Below are positions 1 to 8,952 of a DNA stretch of 15,449 nt, piece after piece. A program made the translations under genes and the position numbers. The DNA comes from Abditibacteriaceae bacterium. GTDB taxonomy: Bacteria > Armatimonadota > Abditibacteriia > Abditibacteriales > Abditibacteriaceae. The notes under the pieces were generated by a model that worked only from the letters and a program-made list of their open reading frames with translations, searched no databases and was not told where the DNA came from. Positions within the stretch are counted from its first letter, which is position 1; every line of letters begins with the position of its first letter. The stretch is taken from positions 1-15,449 of the forward strand of contig JANMKN010000408.1 in NCBI GenBank assembly GCA_031372065.1, in the 5' to 3' direction.

Positions 1-486
1 GACGATCTGGATGACGACGATTTCGATGGACTGGACGACGATTTGGCCGCTGAATTGGAAGCTGCGGAAGACGCACCGGATGATGACTTCACCACGTTAA
101 ACGAACTCATCAAATCCAGTCCTTTCGCCGATGCTCCCGAACGGCGCGATCTTCAAGCGCGGCGTTGCGCCAAGTGCTCCATTACATGGGATCGTCTGCG
201 TCAGGATGGACGTGCTGGTTGCGCCCATTGCTACGAAGCCTTCGCCGATCAATTGCACGAAGTAATGCAACGCGTGCAACACGCGCCGCACCATCAAGGC
301 AAAAAACCGCGCGCTGCCGAAAAACGACACAATCGTTTGGAGCATCTGCGAGCGCGGCGCGATCATCGTCTGGAAATGCTGAATCGCCGCTTGGACGAAG
401 CCGTGCGCGCCGAAAAATACGAAGACGCCGCCAAACTGCGCGACCAAATCAAAATGGTGGAGTCCACTATCGTTCAAGAAAATTAG
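1..486 (+). CDS. mcsA: McsA, activator of protein-arginine kinase (CxxC plus UVR domain), 5'-truncated
   Basis: The frame is open from base 1 (DDLDDDDFDGLDDD...). It has CAKC and CAHC zinc motifs, H-x-GK-x-P, and a C-terminal UvrB/C motif (EAVRAEKYEDAAKLRDQI). It lies directly upstream of mcsB. Confidence 0.85.
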   Translation, partial: DDLDDDDFDGLDDDLAAELEAAEDAPDDDFTTLNELIKSSPFADAPERRDLQARRCAKCSITWDRLRQDGRAGCAHCYEAFADQLHEVMQRVQHAPHHQGKKPRAAEKRHNRLEHLRARRDHRLEMLNRRLDEAVRAEKYEDAAKLRDQIKMVESTIVQEN

Positions 487-531
487 AGTGTGAAGTGTGA
501 GATAAACACTCCGTATTCGGCACTCTGCATT
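485..531. repeat. Degenerate heptamer inverted-repeat element
   Basis: GAGTGTG-AAGTGTG faces CACTCCG-TATTCGG-CACTCTG-CATT. This is the same heptamer type as 1964-2029 but more decayed. Confidence 0.5.
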
Positions 532-534
532 ACC

Positions 535-1719
535 ATGTCCCTTCCCTTTATTCCCACAGCTTTTGAGCGCACTGCAAAATGGATGCGGCGCGGCGGGCGC
601 GAAAGTGACATTGCGCTATCATCGCGCGTTCGTCTGGCGCGGAACCTGCGGCGCTACGAATTTCCGCATCACGCCTCACCTCAAGAACTGCTAAACGTGC
701 GTCATAAAACGTTTCTGGCCTTGGAAAACAATGTGGGCACGGCAGGCTTCAGCGAAGTGAAACTGCTGCCCTTCGAGGAATTTACCGGCTGGGAACGACA
801 AAGCCTGATTGACCGCCATCTGACTTCGCGCGAACACGTCAGCGAAGAACTCGCGCGCGGTTTGGCCGCGACGCCAGATGCCTCGCTTTCGATTTTGGTC
901 AACGAAGAAGATCATTTGCGCTTGCAAAGTCTCTTGCCCGGTTTGCAATTGGTGGCCGCTTTTGAATTGGTTGATCATGTAGATGACGCGCTGGAAAGTT
1001 ATTTCGACGTGCACGGCGGCGTGGCTTTTTCCGATGAATTTGGCTATTTGACGGCCTGTCCGACCAACGCGGGCACCGGAATGCGCGCCAGTGTGATGAT
1101 GCATCTTCCGGCTTTGGAAATTTCCAATAAAATCGAGCGCGCCCGCAAATGGGCCGAAGGCAAAGGACTCACGCTGCGCGGCACTTTTGGCGAAGGTTCC
1201 AAAGTGTGGGGCCATTTGCATCAGTTGTCGAACCAAGTCACGCTGGGTTTGGACGAAGCCGAGATTTTGATGGACGTGGAAAACGCCGCACAGGAAATTT
1301 GCATCATGGAACGACAAGCGCGTGCGGCGCTGCCGCTGCGACATTCCATCGAAGCGCGTGACCGCATTGGCCGCGCTTACGGCACATTGCGCTACGCACG
1401 GCGCATCGGTTGCCGCGAAGCCACAGAATGCCTTTCGCTTTTGCGTTTGGCGCACGAAATGAACTGGGCCAAAGGCCTGAATCGCCAGCGTTTCAATGAG
1501 CTTATGGTGTGGATTCGCCCGGCCTATTTGCAAGTTACTCATGGCCGCGCGATTCCCGGCCAAGAGCGCGACACCTTGCGCTGCGAATTGCTGGCGCCGC
1601 ACATTGCCAAGATCAAACTGGAAGCGGCCTTTCACGAAACGCCGAAACGTGAATCCCCGCCCGAAAATCCGTCTGGCGAGGATGAAACAAACGAAACCTC
1701 AAACGACGAACCCCTTTAA
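535..1719 (+). CDS. mcsB: Protein-arginine kinase McsB (ATP:guanido phosphotransferase family)
   Basis: Motifs SSRVRLARNL, VNEEDHLRLQ, GYLTACPTNAGTGMRASVMMHLP and QLSNQVTLG. ATG 535 is preferred over GTG 490, which lies in the repeat. Confidence 0.92.
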   Translation: MSLPFIPTAFERTAKWMRRGGRESDIALSSRVRLARNLRRYEFPHHASPQELLNVRHKTFLALENNVGTAGFSEVKLLPFEEFTGWERQSLIDRHLTSREHVSEELARGLAATPDASLSILVNEEDHLRLQSLLPGLQLVAAFELVDHVDDALESYFDVHGGVAFSDEFGYLTACPTNAGTGMRASVMMHLPALEISNKIERARKWAEGKGLTLRGTFGEGSKVWGHLHQLSNQVTLGLDEAEILMDVENAAQEICIMERQARAALPLRHSIEARDRIGRAYGTLRYARRIGCREATECLSLLRLAHEMNWAKGLNRQRFNELMVWIRPAYLQVTHGRAIPGQERDTLRCELLAPHIAKIKLEAAFHETPKRESPPENPSGEDETNETSNDEPL

Positions 1720-1730
1720 GGAGAACAGCC

Positions 1731-1964
1731 ATGACAGATGAAACAACTGCCGGAAAAGTGCAAATTACCATGTTGCCCGAAGGCCCCTACGAAGTAGTCG
1801 GCGAAATCGAAATGCTTGGTTTGAACGGCGAAGTTATCAAGACCAAAAAGAAGTGCTACCTGTGTCGCTGCGGCGCCTCTACGCACAAGCCCTTTTGCGA
1901 TGGCACGCATTCCAAAATCGGCTTCGACGCCGCTGCGGAAGCCGTGCCGGAAAGCAGGGAGTAA
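1731..1964 (+). CDS. CDGSH iron-sulfur domain protein
   Basis: LCRCGASTHKPFCDGTH motif and N-terminal 'GPY'. AAGGAG RBS at 1718-1723. Confidence 0.9.
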   Translation: MTDETTAGKVQITMLPEGPYEVVGEIEMLGLNGEVIKTKKKCYLCRCGASTHKPFCDGTHSKIGFDAAAEAVPESRE

Positions 1965-2029
1965 TGCGGAGTTCGGAATGCGGAGTGCGGAACGAAAACT
2001 CCGCATTCCGCATTCCGCATTCCGCACTC
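1964..2029. repeat. Heptamer tandem/inverted repeat hairpin
   Basis: Four (A/G)T(G/T)CGGA units (1964-1991), an 8-nt spacer, then four TCCGCA(T/C) units (2000-2027). It fills the whole CDGSH-coaX gap. Confidence 0.9.
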
Positions 2030-2032
2030 GAA

Positions 2033-2806
2033 ATGCTTCTCGCTCTTGATATTGGCAACACCAACATAGTTGCTGGCGTCTTTGAAGGCGCAATTTTGCG
2101 CGCGCAGTGGCGTCTGGCGACACAGCGTGATCGCACCGCCGATGAATTCGCGGTTTTCCTCAAAGTCGCGCTGGAAATCAAAGGCTTCACGTTTGGCGAC
2201 CTTGATGGCGTGGCGATTTCTTCTGTTGTGCCGTCGCTAACGCCGCAAGCCGCGCGCTTTGCCCGCGATTATTTGGAATGCGAACCTGTCGTTATCGGGC
2301 CGGAAACCGACACCGGACTCATCAACGATTATGATCGCCCACGCGAAGTCGGCGCGGATCGTTTGGTCAATGGTTTAGCGGCGTGGAAAAAATATGGCGC
2401 GGTTGTGATTGTTGATTTGGGCACCGCGACAACGGTTGATGCCGTTTCGCACGACGGTCATTATTTGGGCGGCGCCATCGCGCCCGGCATCGGCATTTCC
2501 ACCGACGCCCTTTTTCGCGCCGCTGCGCGCTTGCCGCGCGTCGAAATTACGCCGCCGCCCTGCGCTTTGGGCACCAATACCGCACATTCGATGCAATCGG
2601 GCATCGTTTTTGGCTATGCTGGGCTGATTAAAGAATTAGTAATGCGTTGCGTCGCCGAAGTCGAAGCCAAAGGCAACCCAAAGGTCACCGTCCTCGCTAC
2701 TGGCGGCCTCGCCGACCTGATTGCGCCTTTGGTTCCGGCCATTCACAAAATTGAGTCTGAACTCACGCTCGAAGGCTTGCGACTCATTTGGGAAAAGAAT
2801 CGTTAA
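2033..2806 (+). CDS. coaX: Type III pantothenate kinase
   Basis: MLLALDIGNTN start, plus VGADRLVN, VDLGTATTVD, GGAIAPG, ATGG and LTLEGL motifs. The track's extension to 1853 runs through the upstream gene and the repeat. Confidence 0.95.
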   Translation: MLLALDIGNTNIVAGVFEGAILRAQWRLATQRDRTADEFAVFLKVALEIKGFTFGDLDGVAISSVVPSLTPQAARFARDYLECEPVVIGPETDTGLINDYDRPREVGADRLVNGLAAWKKYGAVVIVDLGTATTVDAVSHDGHYLGGAIAPGIGISTDALFRAAARLPRVEITPPPCALGTNTAHSMQSGIVFGYAGLIKELVMRCVAEVEAKGNPKVTVLATGGLADLIAPLVPAIHKIESELTLEGLRLIWEKNR

Positions 2807-2925
2807 ATCTGTCTAAAATAAGAGTTATTTGTGGCCCGATAAATGCTCAAGCTTGTAATAAAAAGCCTCTCCGCTCACTCATTTCCAGTCCAGCATCTCC
2901 AGCGGATTGAGGAATTCTCCCTCTC

Positions 2926-3591
2926 ATGAAAAAACTTCGCGTTTTCATTGCCGATGATCAACAAGTCGTGCGCGAAGGTATCAAAATGCTCATCAATGCC
3001 CAGCCTGATATGGAAATTATCGGCGAAGCGGGTGATGGCGGGGAAGCACGGCGACTCTGCAAAGATTTGATGCCCGACATCGTTATCATGGACGTGTCGC
3101 TGCCCGATTTGAATGGCGCGCAAGTCACGGAGCATTTGCGCGTGGACAGTCCCCAATCGAAAGTGCTGGCGCTCAGTGCCTCTCAAGATGAAGCGCACAT
3201 TGAACAACTTCTGAATTCCGGCGCGACAGGCTATGTTCTCAAAAAAGCCATCGCCGAAGAATTAATCATTGCAATTCGCACCGTTTCGCGTGGCGGCATC
3301 CACATTGATCCTGAAATCGCCGACAAAGTTGTGAACGGCCTGCCGCTTTCTCAACACAATCACGCTTCCCTTCACAATCACGGCAACGAATCCCTCAGTA
3401 ACCGCGAGCAGGAAGTCTTGCGCTTGATCGCTTGGGGACACACCAACAAAGAAATCGCGACTCTTTTGCAATTGAGCGTGAAAACAGTGGAAAGCCATAA
3501 AACGCGCCTGATGGAAAAATTAGGCTTCGCCGCGCGCACCGATATTGTGCGCTATGCTTTGCGGCGTGGCTGGCTAAAAGAAGACTCATAG
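2926..3591 (+). CDS. NarL/LuxR-family DNA-binding response regulator (REC plus HTH); no kinase in the window
   Basis: REC domain: IADD, IMDVSLPDLNG, GYVLK. LuxR HTH: LSNREQEVLRLIAWGHTNKEIA...SVKTVESHK. Confidence 0.93.
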   Translation: MKKLRVFIADDQQVVREGIKMLINAQPDMEIIGEAGDGGEARRLCKDLMPDIVIMDVSLPDLNGAQVTEHLRVDSPQSKVLALSASQDEAHIEQLLNSGATGYVLKKAIAEELIIAIRTVSRGGIHIDPEIADKVVNGLPLSQHNHASLHNHGNESLSNREQEVLRLIAWGHTNKEIATLLQLSVKTVESHKTRLMEKLGFAARTDIVRYALRRGWLKEDS

Positions 3592-3664
3592 ACAGCCCAT
3601 AGCTAATATCAATGATTTTGCAGCGTGGTTTTACCAACGCGCAGAGGAATTTGGCGAAGAAATG

Positions 3665-3678
3665 CAGGGTTTTCCCTG
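3665..3678. promoter_or_regulatory. Candidate operator CAGGG-N4-CCCTG
   Basis: CAGGGTTTTCCCTG lies between the response regulator and the first Crp gene. The same motif recurs at 11232-11245. Confidence 0.45.
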
Positions 3679-3780
3679 ATGTAGCTCCATACGTTCTCAT
3701 GCAAAACTAACGAGGCGATTTTGGAGCAACACACTCTGCTTTTCACCCTCGCACAATCCCCTGCACTACAAAGGCATTTG

Positions 3781-4671
3781 ATGCCCAAATCAAAAGCGCT
3801 GACTTCTTCGTTGATGGTCGGCCAGATGGAAGCCAAAAACCAACATTTTCAGGCGCGCTCACCGCTTGGTTTAGTGAAGTTAGAGCCTAAATCTGACCCA
3901 ATCACCCACGAAGACCACAGCGATGCTTCCACATCAGCCTTTGCGCTGACGCCTCCTCAGAATTGGCTTTCAAATCGTCCACAAAATAGGATGCTCTCAC
4001 ATTTGCCGCACGATGTGTGGACGCGCATCCGGCCTTACATCGGGCATTCGCTGATGGTGCAAGGCCATGTAGTCATCGAACAAGGCCAGCGCGTAGAACA
4101 TATTTTTTTCCCGACAAGTGGTTTGGTGTCGCAAATTATCAGCGCGCCTTGTGGTTCGCGTGTAGAAACCGGTTTGATTGGACGCGAAGGATTATTTGGT
4201 TTAGCGGAAGGCCTAAACGATACGCCAGCAGTCACAAATTCCATCGTGCAAGTTGATGGAACGACTTGTTGGTTGCCGTCTGAAATTGTGCGCGCTGAAT
4301 TCAAGCGAAATGGGGCCGTTCAGTGCTGGTTGTTGCGTTATATGCAATGGCAAATGGCGCAAGCCACGCAAAACGTGCTTTGCAATCGCTTGCATTCCAT
4401 TGAGGAACGTTTAGCTCGTTGGCTACTCGCTGCGGAAAGTCGAATGGGCGCGAGTGCCATCACTGTTACACACCAAAATCTCGCTATGCTTCTGGGCACA
4501 CTCCGCTCACCAGTCACGATACGACTGGGCGAGTTCGAGCAACGTGGGCTGATTGAATGCAAACGGGGCCGTTTTTTTGTCTTAGACAGAACAGGTTTGG
4601 AACTCATGACCTGTCATTGCCACACCACCTTGCAGCAACTTGAAAAGCAGCATCGCTTAAATGATTTCTGA
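3781..4671 (+). CDS. Crp/Fnr-family transcriptional regulator (start uncertain: 3721, 3781, 3814 or 3826)
   Basis: QNRML..LP, FFPTSGLVS, IGREG, CNRLHSIEERLARWLL, THQNLAMLLG, and C-terminal LDRTGLE..TCHCH, typical of a widespread Crp/Fnr subfamily. Confidence 0.85.
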   Translation: MPKSKALTSSLMVGQMEAKNQHFQARSPLGLVKLEPKSDPITHEDHSDASTSAFALTPPQNWLSNRPQNRMLSHLPHDVWTRIRPYIGHSLMVQGHVVIEQGQRVEHIFFPTSGLVSQIISAPCGSRVETGLIGREGLFGLAEGLNDTPAVTNSIVQVDGTTCWLPSEIVRAEFKRNGAVQCWLLRYMQWQMAQATQNVLCNRLHSIEERLARWLLAAESRMGASAITVTHQNLAMLLGTLRSPVTIRLGEFEQRGLIECKRGRFFVLDRTGLELMTCHCHTTLQQLEKQHRLNDF

Positions 4672-4716
4672 TTGTCAGATTCCGCTGTAACCCCCAGTTC
4701 TATAAACTAATCCGCG

Positions 4717-5757
4717 ATGAAAATCGCAGGATTTAACGTTGAACCGAATTTAGTGTTGGCGCCGATGGCGGGCGTCACCAGCGCGCCGTTTCGCTTGCTA
4801 TGCCGTCGCTACGGCGCGGGCATGAGCTTTAGCGAACTGGTGTCTTCTGCCGCGCTTGTTATGGGCGGCGAAAAATCAAAAGAAAGATCGCATCAACTGG
4901 CGTGGTTTTTTGAAGAAGAACGCCCCGTTGCGGTGCAGATTTTCGGCGCCGACACCGATTTAATGCGCGAAGCGGCCACGATTGTCGCCGAAACCAAACC
5001 GGACGCCATTGATATTAATATGGGTTGCAGCGTGCCGAAAATCGCCAAATGCGGCGCCGGTTGTTTGCTGCTCAAAACGCCCGAACACGCTCAAGCCGTT
5101 ATTAAAGCGACTGTTGAAGGCGCCGCCGTGCATGGCGTGCCCGTAACAGTAAAAATGCGCGCCGGATGGGACGAAAACAACATTACCGCGCCCGAAGTGG
5201 CCCGTCGCGCCCAAGATGTCGGCGCTGTTGCGGTTTCCGTGCATCCGCGCACTGCCAAACAAGCCTTTACCGGCCATTCCGATTGGTCGGTCATTCGTCG
5301 CGTCAAGGAAAACGTCAGCATTCCCGTCATCGGCGGCGGCGATGTGCATAACGGGGCCGACGCCAAGCAAATGCTCGAAGAAACCGGCTGCGATGCCGTG
5401 ATGATTGGCCGCGCCGCGATGGGAAACCCATTTCTTTTCGCGCAAATCGCGCAATATCTCAAAGACGGCAGCGAAGCGCCCGAACCAACCGCCGACGATA
5501 AAATCAACACCGCTTTGTGGCACGCGCGCGAGTTGACCGTTCTCAAAGGCGAACACACCGCCATGAACGAAATGCGCCGCCACGCCGCGTGGTATACCAA
5601 AGGAATGCCCGAAAGTGCCCGCCTTCGTGACCGCCTGTGCCGCGTTTCCAGCATGACCGAACTCGAAGACATTTTAGCCGAAGCCTTGCGTGTCGCTCAT
5701 CAATACGAAGCCATGCGCGAAACCGGCGATATGTTAGCGGGCGCGACGTGGAATTGA
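4717..5757 (+). CDS. dusB: tRNA-dihydrouridine synthase DusB
   Basis: LAPMAGVT, VQIFG, DINMGC, PVTVKMRAGWD, GCDAVMIGRAAMGNP and MRRHAAWY motifs. Confidence 0.93.
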   Translation: MKIAGFNVEPNLVLAPMAGVTSAPFRLLCRRYGAGMSFSELVSSAALVMGGEKSKERSHQLAWFFEEERPVAVQIFGADTDLMREAATIVAETKPDAIDINMGCSVPKIAKCGAGCLLLKTPEHAQAVIKATVEGAAVHGVPVTVKMRAGWDENNITAPEVARRAQDVGAVAVSVHPRTAKQAFTGHSDWSVIRRVKENVSIPVIGGGDVHNGADAKQMLEETGCDAVMIGRAAMGNPFLFAQIAQYLKDGSEAPEPTADDKINTALWHARELTVLKGEHTAMNEMRRHAAWYTKGMPESARLRDRLCRVSSMTELEDILAEALRVAHQYEAMRETGDMLAGATWN

Positions 5758-5911
5758 ATCTTTTGATTGGGACGCGGAGCTACGCTATCTGCCCAAAGGG
5801 CACCCGAAACAGCTTTGATTTTCGCGGATTTTCTTGATCGGACGACCAAATGTATTACAACGGGTATTGGTTTTTAGGTCTGAATCCTCAAGCGCCATAA
5901 AACGATGCCTT

Positions 5912-6391
5912 TTCAGCAAAAAGCCGCGATCTTCCCGTTATTTTCTGCTCGCTCGCGGCTTTTTTGTGCAAGCACACAGAAAATAACGGGAAGATCGCGG
6001 CTTTTTGCTGCGACAGCGCACCTTTTTTTTCGCGATCTCGCAGTTATTTTCTGCGACTCGCCGTTATTTTCTGCTCACGCGCGGCTTTTTGCTGCGATGC
6101 CGCAGTTATTTTCTAACGCCTTCGCGGTTCAGAACTGTGTGCCTGCGGCTTTTTACTGCGGCAACGTGGAAAAAAGCCGCAAGCACGCAGTTATTTTCTG
6201 CGACGACGCAGATATTTTCTGCGCGCTCGCGGTTAATTTCCGCGACGACGCGGCTTTTTTCTGCGGCCACGCGGTTAATTTCTGCGCTGTCACAGTTATT
6301 TTCTCCGCCATCGCACCTTTTTTCTGCGACGTCACGGTTATTTTCTGCATTACCTCACCTTTTTTCTGCAAACTCGCAGTTTTAAACGGGA
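5912..6391. repeat. Array of about 23 degenerate palindromic 21-bp units (consensus core CGCAG-TTATTTT-CTGCG)
   Basis: Loop starts are at 5917, 5938, 5959, 5980, 6001, 6022, 6044, 6064, 6085, 6106, 6128, 6149 and 6170, then every 21 bp from 6191 to 6380. The array includes a perfect 34-bp inverted repeat (5914-5947 / 5977-6010). Confidence 0.9.
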
Positions 6392-6431
6392 AAGGCAAGA
6401 GGGCTTGGCAGACGGACAACACAAAAAGGCG

Positions 6432-6461
6432 CCTTGATATTACGAACAATCAAGGTAAACT
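6432..6461 (+). promoter_or_regulatory. Possible sigma70-type promoter of tdh-kbl with an overlapping dyad
   Basis: TTGATA (6434-6439), a 16-nt spacer, then TAAACT (6456-6461). It is overlapped by CCTTGAT-N10-ATCAAGG. Confidence 0.35.
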
Positions 6462-6473
6462 GAGCGACGATTT

Positions 6474-7502
6474 ATGAAAGCACTGGCTAAACAACACGCG
6501 GAGCGCGGCTTATCGCTCATTGATGTGCCTGAACCGGAAATTGGCATCAATGACGTGCTGATTCGCGTTGATCGCACCGGCATTTGCGGGACGGATTTGC
6601 ACATTTACAATTGGGACGAATGGGCGCAGAAGACTATTCCAGTTCCGATGGTTGTTGGCCACGAATTTGTCGGCGAAATCGTCGAAGTCAGCTCCAATGT
6701 GCATGATTTTTACGTCGGCGATGTGGTTTCGGCTGAGGGCCACGTTGTTTGCGGCCATTGTCGCAATTGTTTGGCGGGAAGGCGGCATTTGTGCGCCGAT
6801 ACCAAAGGTATCGGCGTCAATCGGCCCGGCGCGTTTGCCGAATTGATTTCCGTCCCGCAAACCAATGTTTGGCATCACGAAAAAGAAATTGACCGCGATG
6901 TGGCGGCGATTTTCGACCCGTTTGGCAACGCTGTTCACACGGCGCTTTCGTTCGATGTTTTGGGCGAAGATGTGCTGATTACCGGCGCCGGGCCGATTGG
7001 CATCATGGCTGTCGCGATTGCCAAACACGCGGGCGCGCGTTATGTCGTAATTACCGATGTGAATGATTATCGCTTGAATTTAGCCAAGCAAATGGGCGCT
7101 ACGGTGGCGCTTAATGTCAAAAACGGCAATTTAAGCGAAGTCAAACAGCAACTGGGCTTGAAAGAAGGCTTTGATGTCGGCCTTGAAATGTCCGGCAACG
7201 CGCAAGCCTTTTGCGGCATGATTGACGCCATGTGTCACGGCGGAAAAATCGCCATGCTCGGCATTCCGCCGACGCAGTTCGCTATTGATTGGAACAAAGT
7301 CGTTTTCAATATGCTGACGATTAAAGGCATTTATGGCCGCGAAATGTATGAGACTTGGTATAAAATGACGGTCATGCTGCAAAGCGGGCTGGACATTAAG
7401 CCGGTCATCACGCATCGCTTTCATTACACCGAGTTTGAGCAAGGCTTCGCCGCCATGAACAGCGGACAAGCGGGCAAAGTGATTTTAAATTGGAAGGATT
7501 AA
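6474..7502 (+). CDS. tdh: L-threonine 3-dehydrogenase
   Basis: [29 protein letters not shown] zinc site, [20 protein letters not shown]. Adjacent to kbl. Confidence 0.97.
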   Translation: MKALAKQHAERGLSLIDVPEPEIGINDVLIRVDRTGICGTDLHIYNWDEWAQKTIPVPMVVGHEFVGEIVEVSSNVHDFYVGDVVSAEGHVVCGHCRNCLAGRRHLCADTKGIGVNRPGAFAELISVPQTNVWHHEKEIDRDVAAIFDPFGNAVHTALSFDVLGEDVLITGAGPIGIMAVAIAKHAGARYVVITDVNDYRLNLAKQMGATVALNVKNGNLSEVKQQLGLKEGFDVGLEMSGNAQAFCGMIDAMCHGGKIAMLGIPPTQFAIDWNKVVFNMLTIKGIYGREMYETWYKMTVMLQSGLDIKPVITHRFHYTEFEQGFAAMNSGQAGKVILNWKD

Positions 7503-7605
7503 TAGAACACGGGTTTAACGGAAACGACACGGGTTTTCACGGAAAAATCTATCAACAAACCGTGTAAATCTGTGTCTTTTCTGCGTATGAAATCCGTGTT
7601 CTATT
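7501..7605. repeat. Long intergenic palindrome with AATAGAAC...GTTCTATT termini
   Basis: Perfect 12-bp terminal inverted repeat AATAGAACACGG / CCGTGTTCTATT. The arms are built from about four ACGG-centred 9-11-nt sub-repeats. Confidence 0.85.
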
Positions 7606-7611
7606 CTTCAA

Positions 7612-8796
7612 ATGAATTCTCATTTCACAGAGCATCTTAAAAAGCAACTCAGCGATATTCGCGCCGCTGGAACTTATAAAACCGAGCGCGTAATTACCAC
7701 GCCGCAGGACGCGCATATTAAAGTGGCGGGCGGGCGCGAGGTGCTGAATATGTGCGCCAATAATTACCTCGGTTTGGCCGAAAACCCCGACGTTATCGCG
7801 GCGGCGCATCGCGCTTTAGATGAATGGGGCTACGGTTTGTCGTCGGTGCGCTTCATTTGCGGCACACAAAGTTTGCACAAGCAATTGGAAGCGAAACTCA
7901 GCGAGTTTCTCGGCACCGAGGACACGATTCTTTATTCCTCCTGCTTCGATGCCAACGGCGGCTTGTTTGAAACCATTTTAGGCGCCGAAGACGCCGTGAT
8001 TTCCGACGAATTAAACCACGCCAGCATCATTGACGGCGTGCGTTTGTGCAAAGCGCAGCGCTTTCGTTACAAAAACAAGGACATGACTGATCTTGAAGCG
8101 CAATTGCAGGCTGCGCAAAACGCGCGCTTTCGATTAATCGCGACGGATGGCGTGTTTTCGATGGACGGCACCATCGCCGATTTGAAATCCATTTGCGATT
8201 TGGCCGACAAATACAAAGCCCTTGTGATGATTGACGATTCGCACGCTGTTGGTTTTATCGGCGCACGCGGGCGCGGCACCCATGAATACTGCGACGTGAT
8301 GAATCGCGTGGATATTATCACCGGCACGCTCGGCAAAGCGCTCGGCGGCGCCAGCGGTGGCTACACCAGTGGACGTAAAGAGATAATCGAACTGCTGCGC
8401 CAGCGCTCGCGGCCTTATTTATTTTCCAATACGCTCGCACCGCCGATTGCCGGTGCCTCGCTCAAAGTTTTAGAATTGCTTTCATCGTCACTGGAATTAC
8501 CTATTAAATTGGACGGCAACACGCGATTCTTCCGCGAAGGCATGACACAACTCGGCTTTAACATTGTGCCGGGAATTCATCCGATTACACCCGTCATGCT
8601 CGGCGATGCCGCGCTTGCCACCAAAGTCGCCGATGCCTTGCTCGAAAAAGGCGTTTACGTCATCGGCTTTTCGTTTCCCGTTGTGCCGCAAGGCAAAGCG
8701 CGCATCCGCGTGCAAATTTCCGCCGCTCATTCGCAGGGCGATTTGCAATTTGCGTTAAGTGCTTTCGGCGAAGTGAAAAACGAGATGAATCTTTAA
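7612..8796 (+). CDS. kbl: Glycine C-acetyltransferase (2-amino-3-ketobutyrate CoA ligase)
   Basis: [51 protein letters not shown] (PLP lysine) and [11 protein letters not shown] motifs. Confidence 0.97.
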   Translation: MNSHFTEHLKKQLSDIRAAGTYKTERVITTPQDAHIKVAGGREVLNMCANNYLGLAENPDVIAAAHRALDEWGYGLSSVRFICGTQSLHKQLEAKLSEFLGTEDTILYSSCFDANGGLFETILGAEDAVISDELNHASIIDGVRLCKAQRFRYKNKDMTDLEAQLQAAQNARFRLIATDGVFSMDGTIADLKSICDLADKYKALVMIDDSHAVGFIGARGRGTHEYCDVMNRVDIITGTLGKALGGASGGYTSGRKEIIELLRQRSRPYLFSNTLAPPIAGASLKVLELLSSSLELPIKLDGNTRFFREGMTQLGFNIVPGIHPITPVMLGDAALATKVADALLEKGVYVIGFSFPVVPQGKARIRVQISAAHSQGDLQFALSAFGEVKNEMNL

Positions 8797-8802
8797 TTCA
8801 TG

Positions 8803-8952
8803 AAACACAAAGAACACAAAGGTGGCACAAAAAACACTAAGATGACAACAGCAACGACCGTCAAGGCGCTTTTCTCTCAACATTCACCTTGCAAAACCAA
8901 TTTTCAATTTTTCCTTCGTGTTTTTTGTGCCACCTTTGTGTTCTTTGTGTTT
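8803..8952. repeat. Perfect 35-bp inverted repeat built from ACACAAAG-like sub-repeats
   Basis: 8803-8837 (AAACACAAAGAACACAAAGGTGGCACAAAAAACAC) is the exact reverse complement of 8918-8952, with an 80-nt spacer. Confidence 0.92.

Noticed and set aside
691..1635. Long antisense ORFs (also 4960-5583, 6510-7028, 9860-10390 and 13263-13922)
   Set aside because: They are shadow frames opposite well-supported genes and have no recognisable motifs.
1853..2032. N-terminal extension of CoaX
   Set aside because: It overlaps the CDGSH gene and the heptamer hairpin. The family N-terminus begins at 2033.
6432..6455. FNR box (TTGAT...ATCAA)
   Set aside because: The spacer is 10 nt, not the 4 nt FNR requires.
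5905..6477. ORFs 5905-6477, 6005-6385 and 6153-6449 as real genes
   Set aside because: They are by-products of the stop-poor 21-bp array. They are open in several frames and the repeat phase slips within them.
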